Sequence record: SRR20825019_354
Strand: one strand, 5' to 3'
Length of the DNA: 20,000 bases
The notes beneath the pieces were generated by a model, which had not been told where the DNA came from, did no database searches, and saw nothing but the letters and a program-made list of their open reading frames with translations. Numbering within the stretch: position 1 is the first letter of the stretch; each line of letters begins with the position of its first letter. Both the position numbers and the translations under genes were made by a program. Of the stretch, positions 8,094 through 15,963 are shown in pieces.

Positions 8094-10000
8094 GCTTAAA
8101 CGCCGAAATCGTTAACGCCGTTAACGATATGGGATTCACTGAACCTAGTGAAGTACAAGAAAAGGCCATCCCAATCCTATTAGAAAAAGACACAGATATT
8201 GTTGCGTTAGCGCAAACAGGTACTGGTAAAACTGCTGCTTTTGGTTTTCCTTTAATCCAAAAGATTGATCCTGGATACAAGAAAACTCAAGGGTTAATCC
8301 TGTCTCCAACACGTGAGCTTTGTCTTCAAATTACAAATGAGCTTCAAAATTACTCTAAATATGTAAAGGGATTAAATCCTGTTGCAGTTTATGGTGGCGC
8401 TAGCATTACAGAACAAGCTAAGCAAATAAAACGTGGTGCTCAGATTATTGTTGCTACGCCTGGTCGTATGCAAGATATGATAAGACGTGGTTTAGTTGAC
8501 ATTTCTGAAATACAATATTGTGTTTTAGATGAAGCAGATGAGATGTTAAATATGGGTTTCTATGATGATATCACAGAAATTCTTTCTCACTCACCAGAAG
8601 ATAAATTTACTTGGTTATTTAGTGCAACAATGCCTAAAGAGGTAGCCCGAATTGCTAAAGACTTTATGAATAATCCTGTTGAAATTACAGTAGGATCTAA
8701 AAATAAAGGTACAGAAAACGTATCTCACGAGTATTACCTAGTTGGTGGTCGTGACCGTTATAAAGCATTAAAGCGTTTATGTGATGCAAACCCAGAGATT
8801 TTCTCTGTTATATTTTGCCGAACAAAACGTGATACTCAAAAAGTTGCAGAGCAATTAATACAAGATGGCTATAGCGCTGGCGCTATACACGGTGATTTAA
8901 GTCAAAACCAAAGAGATTTGGTAATGCGTAGTTTCCGTACACGCCAAATACAAATGCTTGTAGCTACAGATGTTGCTGCTCGTGGTATAGATGTAGATGA
9001 TATTACTCACGTAATTCATTACACGCTTCCAGATGAGCCAGAAGTATATACGCACCGTAGTGGTCGTACTGGTCGTGCAGGAAAAAGTGGTACTTCTATG
9101 ACTATTGCTACAAAAAGCGAAATGCGTAAGATTAAAGCTATTGAAAAACGCATACAACGTAACTTTGAGCGTAAAGATGTTCCTGATGGTGAAGAAATTT
9201 GCCAAGTTCAATTATTTCACCTTGCAAGCCAGATTAAGGATACAGAAATAAATCATGCTATTGATAAGTATGTACCTCAATTAGAAGAAGAATTAGGTGA
9301 TTACACTAAAGAAGAACTTATTAAAAAGTTTTTCTCTGTTGAATTTACAAGATTCCACAATTACTATAGTAAGGATAGCATAAGCCAAGTATCTGCAGAC
9401 AATCGTGATTATAGTGAAGGAGACTCAGACAGTGTTCGTTACTTTATTAACGTTGGTGGTAAAGATGGTTTTGATTGGATGTCTTTAAAAGACTTCTTAA
9501 AAGAACAATTAGATTTAGATCGTGATGGCGTTTATAAAGTAGATGTTAAAAACACCTTCTCATTCTTTAATACAGATGCAGACAAGCTGGATAAGGTTAT
9601 GGAAGTATTTGCAGATATGACTCACGAAGGTCGTAGTGTAAATGTTGAAGTAACTAAAGACAAAGGTGGCTCTGGTGGCGGCGGTGGTCGTAGATCTGGT
9701 GGTGGCGGTCGTCGTTCTGGCGGTGGTGGCTTTAAAGGAAAAGGCGGCGGTGGTCGTCGTTCTGGAGGAGACAGAAGTAAAGGCTCTAGAGATGGCGGTG
9801 GCTTTAAAGGTAAGCGCAGAAGTAGTGACAGCGATAGAGGCGACAGCGGAAGAGACAGAAAAAAATCTTCAAGACGCAGTAGCGATTCTTCTAGCAGAAG
9901 CTCAAGCCCTAAACGAGAAAGATCTTCTGAAGGCAGCGGAAGCACGAGAGCAGAAAATGTTAAAAGCTCTATAAGCAGAAGACGTTCTAGACGTAAATAA
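8072..10000 (+). CDS. DEAD-box RNA helicase (DeaD/CsdA-like) with DbpA-type RNA-binding domain and Gly/Arg/Ser-rich tail
   Basis: Q motif, AQTGTGKT, PTREL, TPGR, DEAD, SAT, ARGID and HRSGRTGRAG. The likely start is the ATG at 8072 (MNLFEKLGL). Confidence 0.95.
   Translation: MNLFEKLGLNAEIVNAVNDMGFTEPSEVQEKAIPILLEKDTDIVALAQTGTGKTAAFGFPLIQKIDPGYKKTQGLILSPTRELCLQITNELQNYSKYVKGLNPVAVYGGASITEQAKQIKRGAQIIVATPGRMQDMIRRGLVDISEIQYCVLDEADEMLNMGFYDDITEILSHSPEDKFTWLFSATMPKEVARIAKDFMNNPVEITVGSKNKGTENVSHEYYLVGGRDRYKALKRLCDANPEIFSVIFCRTKRDTQKVAEQLIQDGYSAGAIHGDLSQNQRDLVMRSFRTRQIQMLVATDVAARGIDVDDITHVIHYTLPDEPEVYTHRSGRTGRAGKSGTSMTIATKSEMRKIKAIEKRIQRNFERKDVPDGEEICQVQLFHLASQIKDTEINHAIDKYVPQLEEELGDYTKEELIKKFFSVEFTRFHNYYSKDSISQVSADNRDYSEGDSDSVRYFINVGGKDGFDWMSLKDFLKEQLDLDRDGVYKVDVKNTFSFFNTDADKLDKVMEVFADMTHEGRSVNVEVTKDKGGSGGGGGRRSGGGGRRSGGGGFKGKGGGGRRSGGDRSKGSRDGGGFKGKRRSSDSDRGDSGRDRKKSSRRSSDSSSRSSSPKRERSSEGSGSTRAENVKSSISRRRSRRK
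9664..9812 (+). repeat. Low-complexity coding repeats (GGGGRRS x3; GGGFKGK x2)
   Basis: Degenerate GGT/GGC runs; GGTGGCTTTAAAGG occurs twice. Confidence 0.8.
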
Positions 10001-10013
10001 TCATAAATATTAA

Positions 10014-10051
10014 AATGCCTTGCAACAATTACTTTGCAAGGCATTCTTTTT
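10014..10051 (+). terminator. Intrinsic terminator after the helicase gene
   Basis: Perfect 12-bp stem AATGCCTTGCAA (10014-10025) / TTGCAAGGCATT (10034-10045), followed by CTTTTT. Confidence 0.85.
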
Positions 10052-10066
10052 AATAACGACTTATTC

Positions 10067-10074
10067 TATATTTG
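10067..10074 (+). promoter_or_regulatory. -7 promoter box (TATATTTG)
   Basis: Exact TAnnTTTG just after the terminator and 38 nt before the ATG at 10113. Confidence 0.55.
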
Positions 10075-10112
10075 ATACGATTTTTTAGCACTAGAGCTTA
10101 TTTACCTTATTT

Positions 10113-10871
10113 ATGAAAACTTCATTTCCTTTACTTTTACTGTTATTACTTATCGGTTTTATGGCACACTCTCAACAAACCGTAACAGGTATTGTACAAA
10201 GCGCCTCAAATGATAGGATACTTGAAAATGTAAACATTGTTAACCTTAACCAGGTTAAAGGAGCTACTACCAATGAAAAAGGTGAATTTGAAATTAGAGC
10301 AGAAGTAAATGATACCTTGTATTTTTCATATATAGGTTATAAATCTATTCAAGTAACAGTTTCTAATGACTGGCTTAAGTATGGTGACGTTAAAGTAAAA
10401 ATGACAGAGGTTGGTATTGCCTTGGAAGAAGTAACTGTAAGACCTGTACAATTAACTGGTTATATAGAGATTGATGCTAAGAACATTCCTATATACAACA
10501 ACTATCGTTATTCTATTTCTGGTCTTAATACTGGCTATGAAGGTGGAGACAGACAGCCTAGTGCTGTAACTAAAGTCTTAGGCTCTATTTTTAATCCCGC
10601 AGATTTTTTATATAATGTTTTTGGTAAACGTCCAACACAAATGCGTAAGCTTAGACAGATGAAAGAAGATGATGAAATAAGAAATCTTTTGCAGACTAAG
10701 TATGATCGTGAGACACTACAAGCGCTACTACAAGTAAGCCGTGTTGATATCGATGAGATTTTAAGAAACTGCAACTACTCCAAAGATTTTATAAGCACCG
10801 CAAACGACTTACAGATACTAGATGCTATTTCTGGTTGTTATGAGGAATACAAAGTGCTGAAAAGAGATTAA
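10113..10871 (+). CDS. Secreted protein with carboxypeptidase-like regulatory (CarbopepD_reg_2) N-terminal domain
   Basis: Signal peptide ending AHS-QQ, then VTGIV...LENVNI...GATTNEKGEFEI...DTLYFSYIGY...LEEVTV. Confidence 0.8.
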   Translation: MKTSFPLLLLLLLIGFMAHSQQTVTGIVQSASNDRILENVNIVNLNQVKGATTNEKGEFEIRAEVNDTLYFSYIGYKSIQVTVSNDWLKYGDVKVKMTEVGIALEEVTVRPVQLTGYIEIDAKNIPIYNNYRYSISGLNTGYEGGDRQPSAVTKVLGSIFNPADFLYNVFGKRPTQMRKLRQMKEDDEIRNLLQTKYDRETLQALLQVSRVDIDEILRNCNYSKDFISTANDLQILDAISGCYEEYKVLKRD

Positions 10872-10885
10872 TTAATTATGTTATA

Positions 10886-11407
10886 ATGAAAATCATTAGC
10901 TTTTATCTTTTTGTAATTGGTCTTTTTATTTTTTCTTGTAAAGAAGATAAAAAATCTATTGAAACTGAACGTTCTATTACTTCTGAAACTTTAATAGATT
11001 CAACTAGCGTTAGTGATCTCAACACAACAGCTTTTGATTGGCTTTTGGGAAAATGGCAACGCACCAATGAGCAAAAAGAAAATTCTGAAACCTATGAGCA
11101 TTGGGAGAAAATTAATGACTCCTACCAAGGTTTAGGATTTACTTTAAAAGGTAACGATACTATCTGGCAAGAACACATGCAATTATCTAAAGTTGATAAT
11201 GCTTGGCAATTAGCTATTAAATCTCCTCAAGAAGAAGTAGCCACACTATTTAAAAACATACAACTTACTAAGGAAGAATTCACTTTTGAAAATCCAGATA
11301 TCTAATTTCCTAATATTATAAATTATATTAATAAAGGGAATACATTTTACGCAAGCGTAAGTGGCAGCGATATGAATATTAAATTTGAGTTTAAACGATT
11401 ACAATAG
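10886..11407 (+). pseudogene. Lipoprotein (DUF6265-like) interrupted by an in-frame TAA at 11303-11305
   Basis: Lipobox IFSC, FDWLLGKW...TYEHW...FENPDI*FPNIINY. The frame stays open for 33 more codons to TAG at 11405-11407. Confidence 0.65.
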
Positions 11408-11452
11408 TAACCTACTCTACAAAACATACCTACTGCCAATTATTTTTAATTA

Positions 11453-12916
11453 TTACAGTCCACTTATGTAACCGCCGTAAATATCTTTAAAGCGCATACC
11501 ATTTGTCATTCTGTATTTACTAAGTTTATTATACTCTACTAATGCCCAAAGGACTAGTTCTTTTATAAAATACAGATCATCTTCATTAACATCATCATCT
11601 ATATGGTTTTCAATTAATGCTTGTAAGGGTTGAATTGAATCTAACTGAGATTTATATTCATCATTTGCAAAATGATCTAAAAGTTCAAACTTACTTTCTT
11701 CAAAAAACCATTCAACTAAATTTTGATAGGGATCTACATCATCTGCTTTCTGAAGCTTTTCAATTTTAGGAAAATATTCAATAAAGATTTGTTTTGTAGC
11801 TCTAGACAATAGTTGCATTGCCACTGCAGCAGAGCCTTCTTGCTCTCCTTCATACACCAATTCAATTTTACCAGTAATACTAGGAATAACCCCCATAAAA
11901 TCACTGAATCTTACTGCTGTGGTACCATCACCAGATAATAACATTCTACGTTCTGCTGTACTTAGTAAATTTTCATAAGCAGTTATACTCATACGGGCAG
12001 AGATGCCACTTTTTATATCTACAAACTCACTTTCCCTTGCTTGAAATGATAGTTCTTCCAATAAATTCTTAGCTATTTCAGGAACATGAACGGTGTCTTT
12101 TCTTACATCTGCCTTAGCTTCTTGCTGTGTAATGGTTTTAGCAATCTCAACAGTTTCTGGATAATGTGTTAGTATTTGTGACCCTATTCTATCTTTTAAA
12201 GGAGTTACGATACTTCCTCTATTTGTATAATCTTCAGGGTTTGCCGTAAATACAAATTGTACATCTAACGGCATGCGTAATTTAAATCCGCGAATTTGAA
12301 TATCACCTTCCTGTAAAATATTGAATAATGCTACTTGTATGCGCGCTTGTAAATCTGGCAATTCATTAATTACAAAAATGCATCTGTTTGCTCGAGGAAT
12401 CATTCCGAAGTGAATAACACGATCATCTGCATAACTTAGCTTTAAATTTGCTGCTTTTATAGGATCTACATCTCCAATTAAATCGGCTACTGTTACATCT
12501 GGTGTTGCTAGTTTTTCAGCAAAACGTTCATCTCTATGAAGCCACGAAACTGGCGTATCATCGCCTTTCTCAGCAATAAGCTCCACTGCAGTTCTTGAAA
12601 TAGGATTAAATGGGTCGTCATTAATTTCCGAACCTTCAACAATAGGAATAAATTCATCTAACAAACCAACCATTAAACGCGCCAAACGTGTTTTTGCCTG
12701 TCCGCGTAGTCCTAATAGATTTATATTGTGTTTAGATAAAATTGCACGTTCCAATTCTGGTATTACAGTATATTCATACCCGTGAATACCTTCAAAAGAA
12801 TTCTTTCCTGCTTTTATATTTGTTATTAAGTTATCGCGCAGCTCATCCTTTATTGATTTTGACTTGTAGCCTGAAGCTTTAAGCTGGCCTAATGTTGTTA
12901 TATTTTCTTTACTCAT
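11453..12916 (-). CDS. AAA+ ATPase, Mg-chelatase/MoxR-like, partner of the vWA protein
   Basis: Walker A GLRGQAKT, ATPDVTVADLIGD, Walker B variant FVINELPDL, TANPEDY and PLKDR. Confidence 0.85.
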   Translation of the reverse strand: MSKENITTLGQLKASGYKSKSIKDELRDNLITNIKAGKNSFEGIHGYEYTVIPELERAILSKHNINLLGLRGQAKTRLARLMVGLLDEFIPIVEGSEINDDPFNPISRTAVELIAEKGDDTPVSWLHRDERFAEKLATPDVTVADLIGDVDPIKAANLKLSYADDRVIHFGMIPRANRCIFVINELPDLQARIQVALFNILQEGDIQIRGFKLRMPLDVQFVFTANPEDYTNRGSIVTPLKDRIGSQILTHYPETVEIAKTITQQEAKADVRKDTVHVPEIAKNLLEELSFQARESEFVDIKSGISARMSITAYENLLSTAERRMLLSGDGTTAVRFSDFMGVIPSITGKIELVYEGEQEGSAAVAMQLLSRATKQIFIEYFPKIEKLQKADDVDPYQNLVEWFFEESKFELLDHFANDEYKSQLDSIQPLQALIENHIDDDVNEDDLYFIKELVLWALVEYNKLSKYRMTNGMRFKDIYGGYISGL

Positions 12917-12967
12917 AGTTTATTTTCTCTTTCTGTTTAAAAACCACAGAAACTATTTTAAAATTCT

Positions 12968-13007
12968 CTCTTGAATGGGTTCTGAATCAAGTTCAGTATG
13001 ACAAGAG
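12968..13007. repeat. Degenerate REP-like palindrome
   Basis: Outer stem CTCTTG (12968-12973) / CAAGAG (13002-13007); inner stem CTGAA/TTCAG. The minus strand reads TGTCATACTGAACTTGATTCAGAACC. Confidence 0.5.
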
Positions 13008-13031
13008 TTTTCGTGTTACGTTACTTTAACC

Positions 13032-14150
13032 TTATCGTATGCGTTTTTTCCTATTCGCCTCATAATCGTGGAAAATCATTTCGCCTAAACCTTGCAATCC
13101 TGTGTAAAATGCTTTCCCTTGATTTGCATCTGTAAACTCATCTACAAATTGCTGTAAATAAGGATCATTAGCTATCATAAAAGTTGTAATAGGTATTCTT
13201 AGCTTTCTAGCTTGTTGTGCCATTGCATAGCACTTATTAACTATATGGGAATCTAAGCCATTACTGTTTTTGTAGTATTGGCCATCTGGCAATTGTATAC
13301 AACTTGGCTTTCCATCTGTTATCATGAAAATTTGTTTGTTGGAGTTTCGCTTTCTGCGCAACATATCCATTGCCAACTGTAAACCAGCCACAGTATTTGT
13401 GTGGTATGGTCCTACATTTAAATATGGTAAATCTTCAATTTTAATAGGCCAAGCATCATTACCGAACACTAAAATATCTAAGGTATCTTTTGGGTATCGT
13501 GTTGTAATTAATTCTGCTAAAGCCATAGCTACTTTTTTAGCAGGTGTAATACGGTCTTCGCCATATAATATCATTGAGTGAGAAATATCTATCATTAACA
13601 CAGTGCTCATTTGTGCTTTGTACGTAGTATCTTCTACAACAAGATCATTTTCTGTTAAATGAAAATCGCCAATTCCATGATTAATTTGTGCATTACGTAA
13701 GCTTTCTGTTACCGATACGCGCTCTAAAGCATCTCCAAATTGATAATTCCTAAATTCACCCGTTTGCTCATCTCCAATGCCACTATGCTTTGTACGATGA
13801 TTGCCTTGACCGGCACGACGCATTTTTCCAAAAATTTGCTCTAATGCTCGTTTTCGTAAAAGGCGTTCTGTTTTTGATGTAATAGCCATTCCTCCTTTTT
13901 TGTCTGGCTTTACCTCTTCTCGTATGTAGCCTTTCTTTTTAAGGTCTTCAACAAAATCTTCTAAGGTATAATCTTCTGTAGTTAACTCATACTCGTCATC
14001 TAGTTGCTTCAGCCAATCCATAGCTTCATCAAAATCTCCAGAGGTATGTGTGATAAGCTCTTGAAACACATCAAAAAGACGCTCAAAAGGAGTTTGCTCT
14101 TCTGGGCTATGATGCGTAAAAACAATACCGTTTTTTAAATCCTTTTTCAT
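13032..14150 (-). CDS. vWA domain-containing protein
   Basis: MIDAS motif DISHS...HTNT...ITDG. Upstream FRNYQFGD segment is typical of vWA partners of MoxR/chelatase ATPases. Confidence 0.85.
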   Translation of the reverse strand: MKKDLKNGIVFTHHSPEEQTPFERLFDVFQELITHTSGDFDEAMDWLKQLDDEYELTTEDYTLEDFVEDLKKKGYIREEVKPDKKGGMAITSKTERLLRKRALEQIFGKMRRAGQGNHRTKHSGIGDEQTGEFRNYQFGDALERVSVTESLRNAQINHGIGDFHLTENDLVVEDTTYKAQMSTVLMIDISHSMILYGEDRITPAKKVAMALAELITTRYPKDTLDILVFGNDAWPIKIEDLPYLNVGPYHTNTVAGLQLAMDMLRRKRNSNKQIFMITDGKPSCIQLPDGQYYKNSNGLDSHIVNKCYAMAQQARKLRIPITTFMIANDPYLQQFVDEFTDANQGKAFYTGLQGLGEMIFHDYEANRKKRIR

Positions 14151-14246
14151 TTTATTAAAAATACGATATTATGGAAGAAATTACCTCTCTAACAATCGTT
14201 AAGATTTATAGAAAGATAAGTGGTCATTATTTAACTCAGGTTAAGT

Positions 14247-15104
14247 TTAATTTATAGTTTCTGCGTTTTTTGGCGCTATAAAAATACGTTCATTTAATAC
14301 AGTCTCAGAAATAGTAACATTCTTAAATGTAAGTTCTTTTCGTTCTTCAAAAGGCTTACCTTCTTTAGTACTATACCAAATAAGTGTTTTTGGTAAGCGC
14401 AACCCATTTAAATCCTGCCATTTGTCATATTTTATATAACTATAATCGTTGGAGAGTTTATCTTCTCCATAAGTAACGGTATAGGCAAGCCACTCTAACC
14501 TGCTAGTTACTTTATCAAGATACATTATGTAATTATCTTTCTCAGACAAACCAACACCCATTGCAAAGAAAGTCTTAATTCCCTTATAGGTTTTACCTTG
14601 TATTTCAATATCAGGAACATCTGTATAAGAGATTCCATTATCTCCTAAAACAAATGGCATAGCATAAAAATAGAACATAAGATTATGATAAAACTTCACT
14701 CTGCCAGAATCAAAAACTGAGTCTTCTTGAGATAGCCAATACTCATTCCCATCATAACCAAGAGCAAACTGTTCTGCTTGTATCTTTGCCTTTCTACTTT
14801 TTAAATCTGTAGTATGAGTTTCTGTACCATTCTTACCATCAATTTGAAAACATAAGTTATTCATGGCATCCCAAGTCGTAATGCCACCGTGAGCATTAAA
14901 TATATGCTTAACAGGTTTAGGATATGGTAATTTGGGATGATTCATCTTATGGTCGGAATGATCCATATGTTGATGATCACTTTGTGACATTGCATCATGA
15001 TTCATTTTAGAATGATCTACTTGATCAGATTCCTTTTGGTTTTCATTGTTTTTACAACTTAATAAACAACAAGCTGCAGTACATAAATAAAATAGTGTCT
15101 TCAT
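14247..15104 (-). CDS. Lipoprotein (DUF6503-like) with His/Met-rich N-terminal segment
   Basis: Lipobox LLSC, AHGG...W, FYHNLMFYFYAMPFVLGD and WLAYTVTY. The DUF assignment is from recall. Confidence 0.7.
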   Translation of the reverse strand: MKTLFYLCTAACCLLSCKNNENQKESDQVDHSKMNHDAMSQSDHQHMDHSDHKMNHPKLPYPKPVKHIFNAHGGITTWDAMNNLCFQIDGKNGTETHTTDLKSRKAKIQAEQFALGYDGNEYWLSQEDSVFDSGRVKFYHNLMFYFYAMPFVLGDNGISYTDVPDIEIQGKTYKGIKTFFAMGVGLSEKDNYIMYLDKVTSRLEWLAYTVTYGEDKLSNDYSYIKYDKWQDLNGLRLPKTLIWYSTKEGKPFEERKELTFKNVTISETVLNERIFIAPKNAETIN

Positions 15105-15142
15105 AATACCTGTACTTTGTCTAAAAATACGAGGAATACACG

Positions 15143-15150
15143 TAATTTTG
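15143..15150 (+). promoter_or_regulatory. -7 promoter box (TAATTTTG) for the TrmH-family gene
   Basis: Exact TAnnTTTG, 7 nt before the ATG at 15158. Confidence 0.6.
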
Positions 15151-15157
15151 CAGCACG

Positions 15158-15952
15158 ATGAATAAATTTATTTCCAGCACAAGTAATCCTACCTTAAAAA
15201 AATTACTTCAGTTACAAGAAAAATCGCGTAACCGTCGTAAGGAAGGTCTTTTTGTAGTAGAAGGTTTAAGAGAGCTTAGGCTTGCCCTTAAAGGAGGCTA
15301 TAACATATCTGAAGTTTTCTTCTGCCCAGAATTAGTGTCTGAAGACACTTTAAACAATTTAATTAAAGCGCCTATAAGTTATACTGAATTGTCTTTGGAA
15401 GTTTATCAAAAGGTTGCATATAGAGGCAGTACAGAAGGTGTTATTACAATTGTTAAAACAAAAGCACATCAATTAGTTGATATTAAAACATCTGAAACAC
15501 CTTTAATTCTTATAGCTGAAGCTCCTGAAAAACCTGGTAATATTGGCGCATTACTAAGAACTGCAGATGCTGCAAATGTAGATGCTGTAATAATTGCTAA
15601 CCCTAAGACAGATTTATACAATCCTAATATCATAAGAAGTAGTGTTGGTTGCGTTTTCACAAATCAAGTGGCCGTAGGCACAACAACTGAAATAATCTCA
15701 TTTTTAAAAAAGCAAAAAGTAAATATTTACTGTGCAGCCTTACAAGCTTCAGAACATTACCATTTACAAGATTTTACAACAGCCACTGCTATTGTAGTTG
15801 GTACAGAAGCAACAGGATTAAGTGACGAATGGCGTAAAAATGCAACCCAAAATATTATTATCCCAATGCAAGGTGAGATAGACTCAATGAATGTTTCAGT
15901 AGCTGCAGGAATTTTAATTTATGAAGCCAAACGACAACGCAAGTTTAAATAA
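15158..15952 (+). CDS. TrmH/SpoU-family RNA methyltransferase
   Basis: FVVEG, KPGNIGALLRTADA, VVGTEATGLS and IPMQGEIDSMNVSVAAGI (SPOUT motifs). Confidence 0.93.
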   Translation: MNKFISSTSNPTLKKLLQLQEKSRNRRKEGLFVVEGLRELRLALKGGYNISEVFFCPELVSEDTLNNLIKAPISYTELSLEVYQKVAYRGSTEGVITIVKTKAHQLVDIKTSETPLILIAEAPEKPGNIGALLRTADAANVDAVIIANPKTDLYNPNIIRSSVGCVFTNQVAVGTTTEIISFLKKQKVNIYCAALQASEHYHLQDFTTATAIVVGTEATGLSDEWRKNATQNIIIPMQGEIDSMNVSVAAGILIYEAKRQRKFK

Positions 15953-15963
15953 GAGAAAACTAT

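Noticed and set aside
9622..10044. 140-aa antisense ORF and 102-aa alternative-frame ORF (9666-9974) over the helicase tail
   Set aside because: These are by-products of stop-poor, low-complexity Gly/Arg/Ser codons, with no independent evidence of coding.
11453..14150. vWA + ATPase pair as an anti-phage defence system or photosynthetic Mg-chelatase
   Set aside because: There are no nuclease, kinase or effector genes, no H subunit, no mobility signatures, and the pair sits in a housekeeping context.
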